Shown in pieces: positions 42,793-51,833 of a DNA stretch of 58,354 nt (its first letter is position 1; each line of letters opens with the position of its first letter). Source of the stretch: a virus; the IMG/VR virus record IMGVR_UViG_3300046674_000414, positions 1-58,354 of that record; one strand, written 5' to 3'. The notes beneath the pieces were generated by a model. It was not told the origin of the DNA. It made no database searches and saw only the letters and a list, made by a program, of their open reading frames with translations. The position numbers and the translations under genes were made by a program.

Positions 42793-43800
42793 ATGACCAT
42801 GACCGACCCGACCACCCCACCCGCCGACCGGGCCGCCCTCCGCGACCGCATCCGTCGCGTCCTCTGCGAGGCTGACGGCGACGGCGTCTTGTGGGGTACC
42901 GACATGCTGGAGCCCGACGAGTACGGCGAAGTCGCCGACATGGTGCTCGCGGTGCTCCCCGACGCCGCCCGCTACCGGGCGGCATGGAGCAGCGCCCGGC
43001 GGCGCGCGCAGGCGTACGGCGAGGGCATCCTCCGCGTCGTCGAGGACCGCGAGCAGTGGCAGAAGTGGTGCCGTCAGGCCGAGGCCGAGCGCCCGTTGTC
43101 GCCGTACTTCGAGCACCCCGAGTGCGGCTTCCGTTGGCACGGCCGCGACGGCATGGACGTACCACTGCGGGACGGTCAGCCCGTCTGCCCGCGCTGCGAA
43201 CTGACCAAGACGCAGAAGCAGCTTGACCACAGCCTGCGGCGTCGCGAGGAAGTCGGGGTGGAGTGCAAGCGGCGCGGCCGGAACGTGCTGGAGCAGGCCG
43301 AACGCCTCGTCCGTTTGGAGCGCGAGTTGGACGGCGTGCGCGACCAACTCGGCAAGGAGATGCTGCGGGCCGACGACGCTGGCTCCGCGCTGGATCGGTT
43401 CCGCCGGGCCATCAGCCGTCTGGCCGCGCACACCGCCGGTTTTCAGGACGTCCTCGACGAGTCCGACCGTGGTCCGTGGGGCAAGACCATCGGCGCTGAC
43501 ATCGCCGAACTGAGCCGCATGGCCGCCGAGGCGCGGGATGCTGGCACGCAGGACAACGAGGCGCTGCAATGCGTCTGCGGCGACCCGGTCCATCTCCAGG
43601 ACGACGCCGACCCGACGAGCTGGATTCACAGCCCCGGCTCCGAAACTCGCTGCCTCGACGCCCGGCCCCGCTGCCCGCACTGCCGCATGCCTCACGACCT
43701 GACGCCGTCCATGGCCCTCGCCTGCGCGTCCGTACGCGCCAGCATCCGTGATGCGCACCCCACTTCGACGGCGCCGCTCACCGAGGAGCGGCAGTCGTGA
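42793..43800 (+). CDS. Hypothetical protein with Cys clusters and coiled-coil
   Basis: 335 aa from ATG 42793 (maximal ORF starts at 42724). Confidence 0.65.
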   Translation: MTMTDPTTPPADRAALRDRIRRVLCEADGDGVLWGTDMLEPDEYGEVADMVLAVLPDAARYRAAWSSARRRAQAYGEGILRVVEDREQWQKWCRQAEAERPLSPYFEHPECGFRWHGRDGMDVPLRDGQPVCPRCELTKTQKQLDHSLRRREEVGVECKRRGRNVLEQAERLVRLERELDGVRDQLGKEMLRADDAGSALDRFRRAISRLAAHTAGFQDVLDESDRGPWGKTIGADIAELSRMAAEARDAGTQDNEALQCVCGDPVHLQDDADPTSWIHSPGSETRCLDARPRCPHCRMPHDLTPSMALACASVRASIRDAHPTSTAPLTEERQS

Positions 43801-44054
43801 TCGCCGAGGCCGTCGACACGCTGATCACCCTGGGCTGGGCGGCGCTGGCGTGGCTGGTCGTCCTGTCCGCCGCCGCGACCGTCGCCGTGCTCGCCGTGGC
43901 GGGGGTCGCCGGGTGGGGCGCGCGTGCCGCGCGGAGGGGGCTGTGCGGGGCTCTCGCGGCCGTACGGGCGCACAGGACACTCCGCGACCGGACGCCGCCC
44001 CGCGACGCGCCACGGGGGCGCGCAGGGATTCCAGCACTCACGGAGGACACATGA
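43797..44054 (+). CDS. Membrane protein
   Basis: 85 aa. GTGA overlap. Long hydrophobic N-terminus. Confidence 0.55.
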   Translation: MIAEAVDTLITLGWAALAWLVVLSAAATVAVLAVAGVAGWGARAARRGLCGALAAVRAHRTLRDRTPPRDAPRGRAGIPALTEDT

Positions 44055-44518
44055 ACACCCGACTCACCCCCCATCAGCTCGCCGAACTCAAGCCCCTCGC
44101 GGCCGTCATCGAACACGCCATCCAGAACGCCCCCGTCCGCCTCGGCACCGACGATTGGGGAACCGTCCTCGCCGCCCGCATCCTCGCCGAGGTGAGCGTG
44201 TACATGGGCCGCACCCTCGGCTCCGACGCCCCCGTCCTCGCCGAGATCCAGGCCGAACGGGCACGGCAGGACGCCAAGTGGGGCGAGCAGAACCACTCCG
44301 ACGGCACCGGCAGCACCGAGCAGCAGAAACAGGCCAAGGACGCTCGCCGCTGGTGCCAGGACGCATTCGGATCCGGCTACGGCACCTGGTCCGACGTCCT
44401 CGCCGAGGAAGTCGCCGAGGCCAACGCCGAGCGCGACCCCGCCAAGCTCCGCGCCGAACTGCTCCAGGTCGCCGCCGTCGCAGTCGCCTGGATCTCCGCG
44501 ATCGACCGCCGCACCTGA
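44051..44518 (+). CDS. MazG-like nucleotide pyrophosphohydrolase
   Basis: 155 aa. RQDAKWGEQNH...LAEEVAEANAE...LLQVAAVAVAWI pattern. Confidence 0.6.
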   Translation: MNTRLTPHQLAELKPLAAVIEHAIQNAPVRLGTDDWGTVLAARILAEVSVYMGRTLGSDAPVLAEIQAERARQDAKWGEQNHSDGTGSTEQQKQAKDARRWCQDAFGSGYGTWSDVLAEEVAEANAERDPAKLRAELLQVAAVAVAWISAIDRRT

Positions 44519-44574
44519 CCGTCCCGCCGGGGCTCACCCCGAGCCCCGGCCCAACACCCGCCCCTGGAGGGCAC

Positions 44575-44982
44575 ATGACACCCGCCGAAGAGCTTCGCGC
44601 CGCCGCCGACAAGCTGCGCAAGCTGACCGCCGACCTCGGAGACTGCCGAGGCCCCTGGTACGTCGTGAACCGCGAACAGCGTCCGTACCCCCAGCGCATC
44701 GACAACATCGGCGTGCCCTACATCGTCGCCAGCACCACAACCGACCCCTCCCACCCGCCGACGATCGCCGACTACATCGTCGCCATGCACCCTCGCGTCG
44801 GCCTCGCACTCGCCGACTGGCTGGACGCCGCCGCGCACTCCCACAAGTGCAGCATCCAGGCCGCTGGCGACGTGTTCCGTGACGACCCGGACGGGCGGAC
44901 CGCGTGGCTCACCACCGGCTCCGGCGCCCCGTCGCCCGAGGCGCTCGCCGTGGCCCGCGCGATCCTCGGGACGACCCCGTGA
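44575..44982 (+). CDS. Hypothetical protein
   Basis: 135 aa. RBS GGAGGG. Confidence 0.6.
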   Translation: MTPAEELRAAADKLRKLTADLGDCRGPWYVVNREQRPYPQRIDNIGVPYIVASTTTDPSHPPTIADYIVAMHPRVGLALADWLDAAAHSHKCSIQAAGDVFRDDPDGRTAWLTTGSGAPSPEALAVARAILGTTP

Positions 44983-45305
44983 CGGCCCGCCGTCGCGCGT
45001 ACGCCTGCCAGGTCGTCGCCGCACTGTGTCTCGCCGCCGCCCTCGTGGCCGTTCCGCAGGGCGCCCTCTACGCGATCCCCGGCATCGTCGGCGCGGTCCT
45101 CCTCGCATGGGCCGCCACCCGCTACCGGGCCGAGCACCGGGAGCTACTTGCTCGGCACGAGCAAGCCCGCCGGGCGGCCGTCGTCATCCCCGACCCGCGC
45201 CCGCCCGCCGACGGCACCCCGCTCACCGGGCACGAGCGGGCCGCGTGGGCGCGACTCGTCGCCACCTACCACCTCACCGACCGCGACCCCAGGAGCACGC
45301 CGTGA
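44979..45305 (+). CDS. Membrane protein
   Basis: 108 aa with two hydrophobic helices. GTGA overlap. Confidence 0.55.
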   Translation: MTARRRAYACQVVAALCLAAALVAVPQGALYAIPGIVGAVLLAWAATRYRAEHRELLARHEQARRAAVVIPDPRPPADGTPLTGHERAAWARLVATYHLTDRDPRSTP

Positions 45306-45562
45306 CGGACCGCCACACCGTCGACTCGATCACCAGCGACAACCTTGACGAGCTGTACGCGCGCATCGCCACCCTCGAACACGTCGCCGCCGGGAACAAG
45401 CGGCACGTCCAACTGATCGCCCCCGACCTGGAACGCGCTGAGGCCGCCCTCGACCGGGTCCGCGCGCTCGCCGAGGACATCCGCCACGGCGCCGCCTGGA
45501 CCGCCAACCACGCCGCCATCGCCGACCGGATCAACGCCGCCATCGACCAGCCCAGCACCTGA
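45302..45562 (+). CDS. Hypothetical protein
   Basis: 86 aa. GTGA overlap. Confidence 0.55.
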   Translation: MTDRHTVDSITSDNLDELYARIATLEHVAAGNKRHVQLIAPDLERAEAALDRVRALAEDIRHGAAWTANHAAIADRINAAIDQPST

Positions 45563-45622
45563 CCCCACCCCGCCCAACCGATCCACCAGGCGCGCACTCG
45601 CGCGCGCAGCACGGAGGAAGAA

Positions 45623-46072
45623 ATGACCATCACCCGCTACCGCAAGCGCCCCATCGAAGTCGACACCATCCAGTGGACCGGCGACAACGAAGCCGAGGTC
45701 CAGGCTTTCACCGGCGGCGCGAGTCGCTTCTATGCCCTCGACGCGGAGGACCGCGAAGGCTCCGACGACCCCGAGGCCACCGCTGCCGTCTTCGACAAGC
45801 TGCACTCGACCTGGGTGCTCGTCTACACCGGCCAGCACGTCGTGCGGGGAGTGAAAGGCGAGTACTACCCGATCGCCGAGGACGTGCTCGCCGAGACATA
45901 CGAAACCGTCCAGGACGCCCGTCCGGTGTCCCCCGTCAGCGCTCTCTACGAACGGTGGGTGAAGGCCGGTCCTCCTCCGCTCGGTGTGTCCATGGCCCGT
46001 TGGTGGGACGCCCGCCTCGTCGAACTGCACAACGCGATCCACCCGGCCGCCGACCAGACCGCGGAGAAGTGA
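45623..46072 (+). CDS. Hypothetical protein
   Basis: 149 aa. RBS GGAGGAAG. Confidence 0.65.
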   Translation: MTITRYRKRPIEVDTIQWTGDNEAEVQAFTGGASRFYALDAEDREGSDDPEATAAVFDKLHSTWVLVYTGQHVVRGVKGEYYPIAEDVLAETYETVQDARPVSPVSALYERWVKAGPPPLGVSMARWWDARLVELHNAIHPAADQTAEK

Positions 46073-46075
46073 CAC

Positions 46076-46561
46076 ATGGCCCAGTACCTCGACCACACCG
46101 CCGTCGCCCAGAAGCTCCTCGACCAGCAGGGCGACATCACCCGCCTCACTGCCGAGCGGGACGGCGCGTACCGCGAGCGCGCCCACCTCGTCGCGCTCCT
46201 CGCCGCCATGACCGACGGCGCCGTCATCACCCCCGCCACCGACATCGACGAGCCGGGCTGGCAGATCGTCTACCTCAACCTAGGCGGACGGCAGGCGTCC
46301 TGGCACATCAGCCCGCGCGACGCCGACCTCTTCCGGCACGTCGAGCGCGTCGACTCCAACGACCCGCGCGGCCACTGGGACGGACACACCACCGAGGAGA
46401 AGTACGCCGGGATCGCCGCGCTCTCCGGGCACACGTCCACTACCCAGCACCCGGACGGCCAGCAGATCGCGGGCGCGATCATCACCACCCTCCAGCAGCG
46501 CGGCTACTCCCTCCCCGCCACCACCGTCCACGCCCTCGTCGACGCCATCCTCGACCTGTAG
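46076..46561 (+). CDS. Hypothetical protein (WDGH motif)
   Basis: 161 aa. Confidence 0.65.
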   Translation: MAQYLDHTAVAQKLLDQQGDITRLTAERDGAYRERAHLVALLAAMTDGAVITPATDIDEPGWQIVYLNLGGRQASWHISPRDADLFRHVERVDSNDPRGHWDGHTTEEKYAGIAALSGHTSTTQHPDGQQIAGAIITTLQQRGYSLPATTVHALVDAILDL

Positions 46562-46570
46562 GAGATCGCC

Positions 46571-46861
46571 ATGGACCAGAACGCACGCCGCGCCCGCATC
46601 ATCAACATGCGGAAGACCCCGCCGCGCCCGCGCATCGTCTCCCCCAACCAGCCCGACCAGACCCGGACCACCTACTTCATCCAGTCCCGCCCCGCCGCGA
46701 GCCAGCCCTGGCAGCGCGCTTCGGGGGTCGACGCCTCCTGGGAGTCGAAGGACAAGGCCCTGGAGAAACTCGCCATCCGGCGCGAGATGCAGCCGACGTG
46801 GGAGCACCGGCTGATGGAGCGCGTCACCACGGTCACCGAGCAGCCCGCCACGGAGGACTGA
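46571..46861 (+). CDS. Hypothetical protein
   Basis: 96 aa. Confidence 0.6.
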   Translation: MDQNARRARIINMRKTPPRPRIVSPNQPDQTRTTYFIQSRPAASQPWQRASGVDASWESKDKALEKLAIRREMQPTWEHRLMERVTTVTEQPATED

Positions 46862-46941
46862 CCCGCGACGAAGGGGGGCGCGCTTCCCGGGCGCGCACCC
46901 ACCGGCAAGACCGCACCCGTACGACCCGCAAGGAGCTCCGC

Positions 46942-47631
46942 ATGACCGACCCGTGTGCTGCCGCCACCTGCACCCGCACCCTCTACGACACCGAGACCGC
47001 CCTCCAGCAGCGGCTCTGCACCCCCTGCATCCGCGCCATCCGGACCTGGCTGGCCGCCGAACTCCCCCTCCAGATCACGGTCCTGGAGGCGTCGCTCCAG
47101 CGGGAGACCACCGGCCAGCCCTCCGGACGCGGCACCCGCACCGCACCCCTCCCCGGCCGCGAGGACGTGATCAACCTGATCGGGCCCGCCGCCTGGGGCA
47201 CCGTCACCGACCGGCACCGCGACCAGACCGGCGCGGTCCCCATCGTCGGCGTCCTCACCAGCTGGGTGCGACTGATCTGCGAGGAGCGCCGCTGGGACGG
47301 GCCCGACACCGCCAGCATCCAGGCATACGCCGCGTGGCTCGCCCACCCGCCGCTCCTCGACTGGACCGCCCGGCAAGGCTGGGCGGGGGAGATGCGCGAC
47401 GAGCTGGCCAGCCTCATGAGCGCGGTCCGGACGGCGACCAGCGTCCGGCCCCGGCGACGCCCCATCGCCCAGCCCTGCCCCCGGTGTGACGCCCTCACCC
47501 TCACCCGCGTCGACGGCGACACCTACGCCGACTGCGCCGACTGCGGGGCCATGTACTCGCGCGACGAGCTGGCGCTCGCGGCGCGCATCACAGTCGCCCG
47601 ACGCGACACGGACGCCGCCGTGGCATCCTGA
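46942..47631 (+). CDS. Hypothetical Cys-rich protein
   Basis: 229 aa. RBS AAGGAG. N- and C-terminal CxxC pairs. Confidence 0.65.
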   Translation: MTDPCAAATCTRTLYDTETALQQRLCTPCIRAIRTWLAAELPLQITVLEASLQRETTGQPSGRGTRTAPLPGREDVINLIGPAAWGTVTDRHRDQTGAVPIVGVLTSWVRLICEERRWDGPDTASIQAYAAWLAHPPLLDWTARQGWAGEMRDELASLMSAVRTATSVRPRRRPIAQPCPRCDALTLTRVDGDTYADCADCGAMYSRDELALAARITVARRDTDAAVAS

Positions 47632-47709
47632 AACCCGCGCTCGTTGTCTGCCCGCGGGAAACCCGGGCACCCGAGAACCAGTCGGCCCACAGCCAACGAC
47701 GCAGCCCGC

Positions 47710-47737
47710 CTGCCCCACCTCCACCAGGGTGGGGCAG
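47710..47737 (+). terminator. Stem-loop
   Basis: 10-bp stem CTGCCCCACC / GGTGGGGCAG with an 8-nt loop. Confidence 0.5.
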
Positions 47738-47802
47738 ACGGGCACGGGCCCGGCCCCACAGACCACCTGACAGCACCACCGGGCATCCGTCATGCTGGGA
47801 GG

Positions 47803-47961
47803 ATGCCTAACCAGGACCCGCCCTGTAGCGCGTGCGGCGGCACAGGGCTCACCGAGCACGAGACGCACACCGTCGAGACAGACCAGGACGGGAATCAGAA
47901 GCCGGTCGTCCACCGGTACACCGGAGCCTGCAACAGTTGCAACGGCTCCGGGAAGTCCTGA
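47803..47961 (+). CDS. Small DnaJ-type zinc-finger protein
   Basis: 52 aa. CSACGGTG...CNSCNGSG. RBS GGGAGG. Confidence 0.55.
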   Translation: MPNQDPPCSACGGTGLTEHETHTVETDQDGNQKPVVHRYTGACNSCNGSGKS

Positions 47962-47975
47962 CCAAGGAGGACCGC

Positions 47976-48254
47976 ATGCGACAGATCCACGTCTGCCTCC
48001 ACTGCCGATGCCACTACCTGCCCCCCGAACACCCCACCGACCCCCACGCGGGCGCCACCGCTGTCCACTGCGGACAGACCGAGTGCGCCCGCATCGTCCC
48101 CGCCATGGTCCGCGGCCTCGGTATGCCCGAAGCTTGGCTCGCCGACAAGGCGCGTAAAGCCGCCGGTGTCGCCGGAGAGCCGAGGGTCGCCAGGGCCCAA
48201 GGGCAGCGCGTACGCCGAGGCGCACCCGGCGGACGGCGAAGCAAACTCCTGTAG
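47976..48254 (+). CDS. Hypothetical protein
   Basis: 92 aa. RBS AAGGAGG. Confidence 0.6.
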   Translation: MRQIHVCLHCRCHYLPPEHPTDPHAGATAVHCGQTECARIVPAMVRGLGMPEAWLADKARKAAGVAGEPRVARAQGQRVRRGAPGGRRSKLL

Positions 48255-48327
48255 TCGGCCCCCGGCATATCCTGTGGCCGCCGGCCTGCCGTAACGCTCT
48301 GGCGGCACGCCGGCGCTGCTACAACGC

Positions 48328-48362
48328 GAAGCCCCGCCTCAACTCCACTGAGGCGGGGCTTC
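48328..48362. terminator. Bidirectional stem-loop terminator
   Basis: Perfect 14-bp stem GAAGCCCCGCCTCA / TGAGGCGGGGCTTC with a 7-nt loop, between convergent genes. Confidence 0.8.
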
Positions 48363-48377
48363 GTTGCGTGCGCGGGG

Positions 48378-48647
48378 CTACTCAGGTTGGGGCTTGTTCG
48401 GCCCGCGCCCCCTGGTGGATCGCTTGCGGAAGAACGCCTCGATCGGCCCCCAAGGCATCGCCCAGGCGTTTCCGATCCGCATCCAGCGTTCGCGGGGGAC
48501 AGGCCATGCGGGGTCCGTGTCGGCGATGTGCCGTACGCCCTGCCGGGTGATGGGGCGGGGGAGGTAGTCGCCCGCGTTGAGGCGTCTGGCGATCTCGGTG
48601 AACGTCACCATCTCGGGGATTCCGCCCCCTTCGTCATCGTCCGGCAT
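48378..48647 (-). CDS. HTH DNA-binding protein (lone inverted gene)
   Basis: 89 aa. VTFTEIARRLNAGDYLPRPITRQGVRHIA. RBS GGAAGGTGG. Confidence 0.65.
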   Translation of the reverse strand: MPDDDEGGGIPEMVTFTEIARRLNAGDYLPRPITRQGVRHIADTDPAWPVPRERWMRIGNAWAMPWGPIEAFFRKRSTRGRGPNKPQPE

Positions 48648-48662
48648 GGCACCACCTTCCCA

Positions 48663-48697
48663 GAGTACTTGTCAAAGCGCCAGTACTCCCTTAGTCT
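48663..48697 (+). promoter_or_regulatory. Promoter TTGTCA-N17-TAGTCT bracketed by the inverted repeat GAGTACT/AGTACTC
   Basis: Hexamers at 48669-48674 and 48692-48697. The 7-bp inverted repeat at 48663-48669 / 48682-48688 flanks the -35. Confidence 0.55.
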
Positions 48698-48709
48698 CGA
48701 AACGCACGA

Positions 48710-48821
48710 AGCCCCGACCGCGTGGTGACACACGAGGCCGGGGCTGAACGGCGGCGGGGCCCGGTGGTGACACACCGAGCCCCGCCTCAACCCCGGTCCG
48801 ACGGTGACACGTCGGCCCGGG
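48710..48821 (+). promoter_or_regulatory. Leader with three stem-loops, each exposing GGTGACAC
   Basis: Hairpins at 48710-48745, 48753-48786 and 48792-48821. The GGTGACAC motif sits at 48724, 48766 and 48803, in or spanning the loops. Confidence 0.6.
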
Positions 48822-48850
48822 TCAGCCATCCACCTGCTTCACCAGGAGGA

Positions 48851-49543
48851 ATGACCATGGCCGATCGTAACGGCCCCCGCACCCCCGAGCCCACCCCGCG
48901 TACCCGCCGCGTCATCGCCGCCGGCTACGTCCGCCGCGGACCCCTCTCGCCCGCCGCCGCCCGCATGCAGGCGCTCCGCGAGTCCATCGCCCACCGCATC
49001 CTCACCAGCCGCCACATGACCGACGCCCGGCTCCTCGACGTCGCCCGCGTCCGCTCGATCATCCTCCTCACCGTCCGCCACCCCCACGGCGACCGCCCCT
49101 ACAGCATCTACGCCTTCCGCCAGGCCACCCCCATCGAGTGCGACCCCGGCCTCGCCAACCCCAGCCAGCCCGGCGACTGGATCAGCATCCACTGGCGCGA
49201 CGGACAGTACGACGACCTCCCCCACCTCACCGCCGACATCACCACCTGGGCCCACCACCACGCCGCCACCCGCATCGCCCACCTCCACCGCCGCACCGCC
49301 GACCACTACCGGCAGACGGCAGACGGCCACCCGATGAACGAGCCCCAGACCCAGACCCAGCGCCGTCGCCTCGTCGCCGCCGGATGGGTCCGCCGCGCAC
49401 CCGAGCCCGAGCAGGACCCCTCGGCCCGGCTCGCCGCCCTGCACCGCCTCTGCCGCGCCGACTACCAGCAGGCCGCCCCCCAGCGCACCGGCCGCAACCG
49501 CCGCGACGACGCCCACCCCATCGAGGCGGTGCACGCCCGATGA
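48851..49543 (+). CDS. Hypothetical protein with internal repeat
   Basis: 230 aa. RBS AGGAGGA. RRVIAAGYVRRGP... near the N-terminus and RRLVAAGWVRRAP... near the C-terminus. Confidence 0.65.
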   Translation: MTMADRNGPRTPEPTPRTRRVIAAGYVRRGPLSPAAARMQALRESIAHRILTSRHMTDARLLDVARVRSIILLTVRHPHGDRPYSIYAFRQATPIECDPGLANPSQPGDWISIHWRDGQYDDLPHLTADITTWAHHHAATRIAHLHRRTADHYRQTADGHPMNEPQTQTQRRRLVAAGWVRRAPEPEQDPSARLAALHRLCRADYQQAAPQRTGRNRRDDAHPIEAVHAR

Positions 49544-49800
49544 CGGACACCTCGCCCACCCCCGCCCCGGCCTCCGACCTGCGCGCACTGCTGGACGCCG
49601 TCCGGACCGCGCTCACCCTGCCCGCCGACACCCCCGACCACGACCGGCGCATGCTCGACCGCGCCGCCCTCGTCCGCGCCGTCGTCGACGGCCTCCTCGC
49701 CGAGGACCTCCCCGACATCGCCTGGGACACCGGCTACCTCCAGCGCAAGGTCGCCCTGGAGGAGCAGGCCGCCGCCGCCGAGCGCGGAGGTGAGGGCTGA
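49540..49800 (+). CDS. Hypothetical protein
   Basis: 86 aa. ATGA overlap. Confidence 0.55.
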   Translation: MTDTSPTPAPASDLRALLDAVRTALTLPADTPDHDRRMLDRAALVRAVVDGLLAEDLPDIAWDTGYLQRKVALEEQAAAAERGGEG

Positions 49801-49991
49801 TGGGCTGGTTCCGCCGCGAGCAGACCGCCCGCGACTACCCCGCCGCTGGCACCTCCGTCACCGGCCCCGCCGACCGCTTCCACCGTGCCAAAACCACCGG
49901 CGCCAAGCGCGCCGCCCGCAAAGGCCAGGCGTGGGAAGACCGCGACCGCGCCCAGGACACCAAGGGCCGCTGGTACCGGCCCGCCCGCTGA
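49800..49991 (+). CDS. Hypothetical basic protein
   Basis: 63 aa. ATGA-type overlap. Confidence 0.5.
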   Translation: MGWFRREQTARDYPAAGTSVTGPADRFHRAKTTGAKRAARKGQAWEDRDRAQDTKGRWYRPAR

Positions 49992-50004
49992 CCCACCCCA
50001 GACC

Positions 50005-50042
50005 GGCCGGCCCCCGCAACCCCCAGCGCGCGGGGGCCGGCC
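50005..50042 (+). terminator. Stem-loop terminator
   Basis: 13-bp stem GGCCGGCCCCCGC / GCGGGGGCCGGCC with a 12-nt loop. Confidence 0.6.
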
Positions 50043-50060
50043 TCCACCACGGGACACCAC

Positions 50061-50318
50061 GTGAACCTGAAGAAGGCCCGCGCCCGGCGCGCAGCCAACG
50101 CCCGCCACCGCGCCCTCATGACCATCGCCAGCCACGTCATCGCGCGACACGTCCGCCTGGGCGACACCAGTACGGCCACCGCCGAGGTCATCGCCATCGC
50201 CTTCGGCCGACACCAGCTGCGCATCACCGACGACGAGGCCCTCGACTACCTCAACGCCCAACTCGCGGAACGGTCCCTCCCGCTCTGCCCGCAGACCACC
50301 GCAAGGGGGGACGCGTGA
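50061..50318 (+). CDS. Hypothetical protein
   Basis: 85 aa. GTG start. Confidence 0.5.
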   Translation: MNLKKARARRAANARHRALMTIASHVIARHVRLGDTSTATAEVIAIAFGRHQLRITDDEALDYLNAQLAERSLPLCPQTTARGDA

Positions 50319-51445
50319 CCACCCGCGAACTCACCCGGGGTCAGATCATCGTGCTCGGCGCGGCCACGGTCACGATGCTCGCCGTCGGCAGCATCGGCGC
50401 CGTCGGCACCTACAGCAACGTCGTCTCCGAGTTCCACCGCGAGGCGACCGCCGCCGGGGTCGTCGCCGCCGGGGAGGGCCTCACCCTGATCCTCGCCCTC
50501 ACCATGCTCGGCCTCACCATGCTCGGACAGACCGCACCCCTCTGGGTCCGCGGCGGCATGTGGCTCGCCCCCCTGTCCGCCTGCGCCACCGGCATCGCCA
50601 TCGCCGACGGGCTCCGCAACCAGGCCGTGTACGCGATCACCCCCCTTGCCATGTCCGGCGCCGCCGAAGGACTCGGCCTGATCGCCCGCCGCATCGTCAT
50701 CTATCGCACCGGCCGCGACGCCGACGCCGACCGCCGCAACGCCGCCGTCGTGCAGCAACTCGCCTACCAGCAGGCCCTCGCCAACGGCCACCCCGACAAG
50801 GACGTCCAGCAGGCCGCCACCCGGAAGGCATGGAAACTCATCGGCCGCGTCGGCGCCAGCGACCAGCAGCTCGGCGCGGGCCTTGTCGACGTCTCCCGCG
50901 AGCGGCTGGTCGCCGGCGCCGATCACGCGCTCGGCCAGATGCTCGCCCTCGGGCCCGGAGGCGTTGCGCCCCCTGTTGCGCCCGCCCCGCGCCCGGCCAG
51001 CGCCACCGACCGGCTCCGCACCCACCTCGGCGCCATGGACCCCGCCGACGCCATCCGATTCGCAGCAGCCGCACGACCTGATGCGCCCCTGCCCGAACTC
51101 GCCACGATCCTCGCCACCTACGACATCCACGTCGACCCCGTCGCCATCGCCCTGGTCCTCGCTCAGCAAGACCCCCAGTACACCGTCGAGCGACCTGATG
51201 CGGGCGTTGCGCCGCAGGTCAGCGCCCTGCCCGCGCTGAACGTGCAGGGCGCCGTCGAAGAGGCCGCAACCGCCCTCGGGCCGACCGCATCAGCCCGCGA
51301 CATCGCCGAGCACCTGGAGCAGATCCGGCGGCTCGTCGTCCCCGAGAACCACATCAGATCAGCCCTCTCCCGGGCCGCCGCGAAGAAGACCGAGCAACCG
51401 GGCGCAGCACCCGGCGCCGACCTGATGCGGGACGGCTACAACTGA
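50315..51445 (+). CDS. Four-TM membrane protein with soluble C-terminal domain (DUF2637-like)
   Basis: 376 aa. Four hydrophobic helices in the first ~130 aa. GTGA overlap. Confidence 0.6.
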   Translation: MTTRELTRGQIIVLGAATVTMLAVGSIGAVGTYSNVVSEFHREATAAGVVAAGEGLTLILALTMLGLTMLGQTAPLWVRGGMWLAPLSACATGIAIADGLRNQAVYAITPLAMSGAAEGLGLIARRIVIYRTGRDADADRRNAAVVQQLAYQQALANGHPDKDVQQAATRKAWKLIGRVGASDQQLGAGLVDVSRERLVAGADHALGQMLALGPGGVAPPVAPAPRPASATDRLRTHLGAMDPADAIRFAAAARPDAPLPELATILATYDIHVDPVAIALVLAQQDPQYTVERPDAGVAPQVSALPALNVQGAVEEAATALGPTASARDIAEHLEQIRRLVVPENHIRSALSRAAAKKTEQPGAAPGADLMRDGYN

Positions 51446-51509
51446 TGCCCGCCCCGCTCCTGCCGCCCCGCCCGTACCCATCGCCACTCCCATCCGCTAG
51501 GAGCCTGCC

Positions 51510-51833
51510 GTGCTGCTCGCCACCCTCCTCGTCACATCCGGGCTCCTCCCCGGCGTGGCTACCGGCTGGTACGTCCACCGCCGCCACGGACTGCTGCTCG
51601 CGGTCCTCGCGGGCGCCGGTGTCACCCTGGCGTTGCCGTTCCTGCTGCTGTCGACGCTGATCCTGTTCCCGCCCGCCGGGTTCGTCCTCGGCGTGATCGC
51701 CGGGGCCACCGCCCTGCGGGCCTACGACGAGGGCCGCATCTGGACCGGCACCGCCCTCGTCGGCGCCGCCGCCGTGGCGTTCTCCTGCGCCAGCTGGGGG
51801 GCGTCGGATCTCGGGTGGGCGGCCCTGGGATGA
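51510..51833 (+). CDS. Multi-pass membrane protein
   Basis: 107 aa, almost entirely hydrophobic. GTG after TAGGAG. Confidence 0.6.
   Translation: MLLATLLVTSGLLPGVATGWYVHRRHGLLLAVLAGAGVTLALPFLLLSTLILFPPAGFVLGVIAGATALRAYDEGRIWTGTALVGAAAVAFSCASWGASDLGWAALG

Noticed and set aside
45673-47631. 652-aa + strand ORF spanning several early genes
   Set aside because: It is an Arg/Pro-rich off-frame read-through. Only its last 229 codons (from ATG 46942 with RBS AAGGAG) look like a real protein. The region upstream is covered by well-formed genes in other frames.
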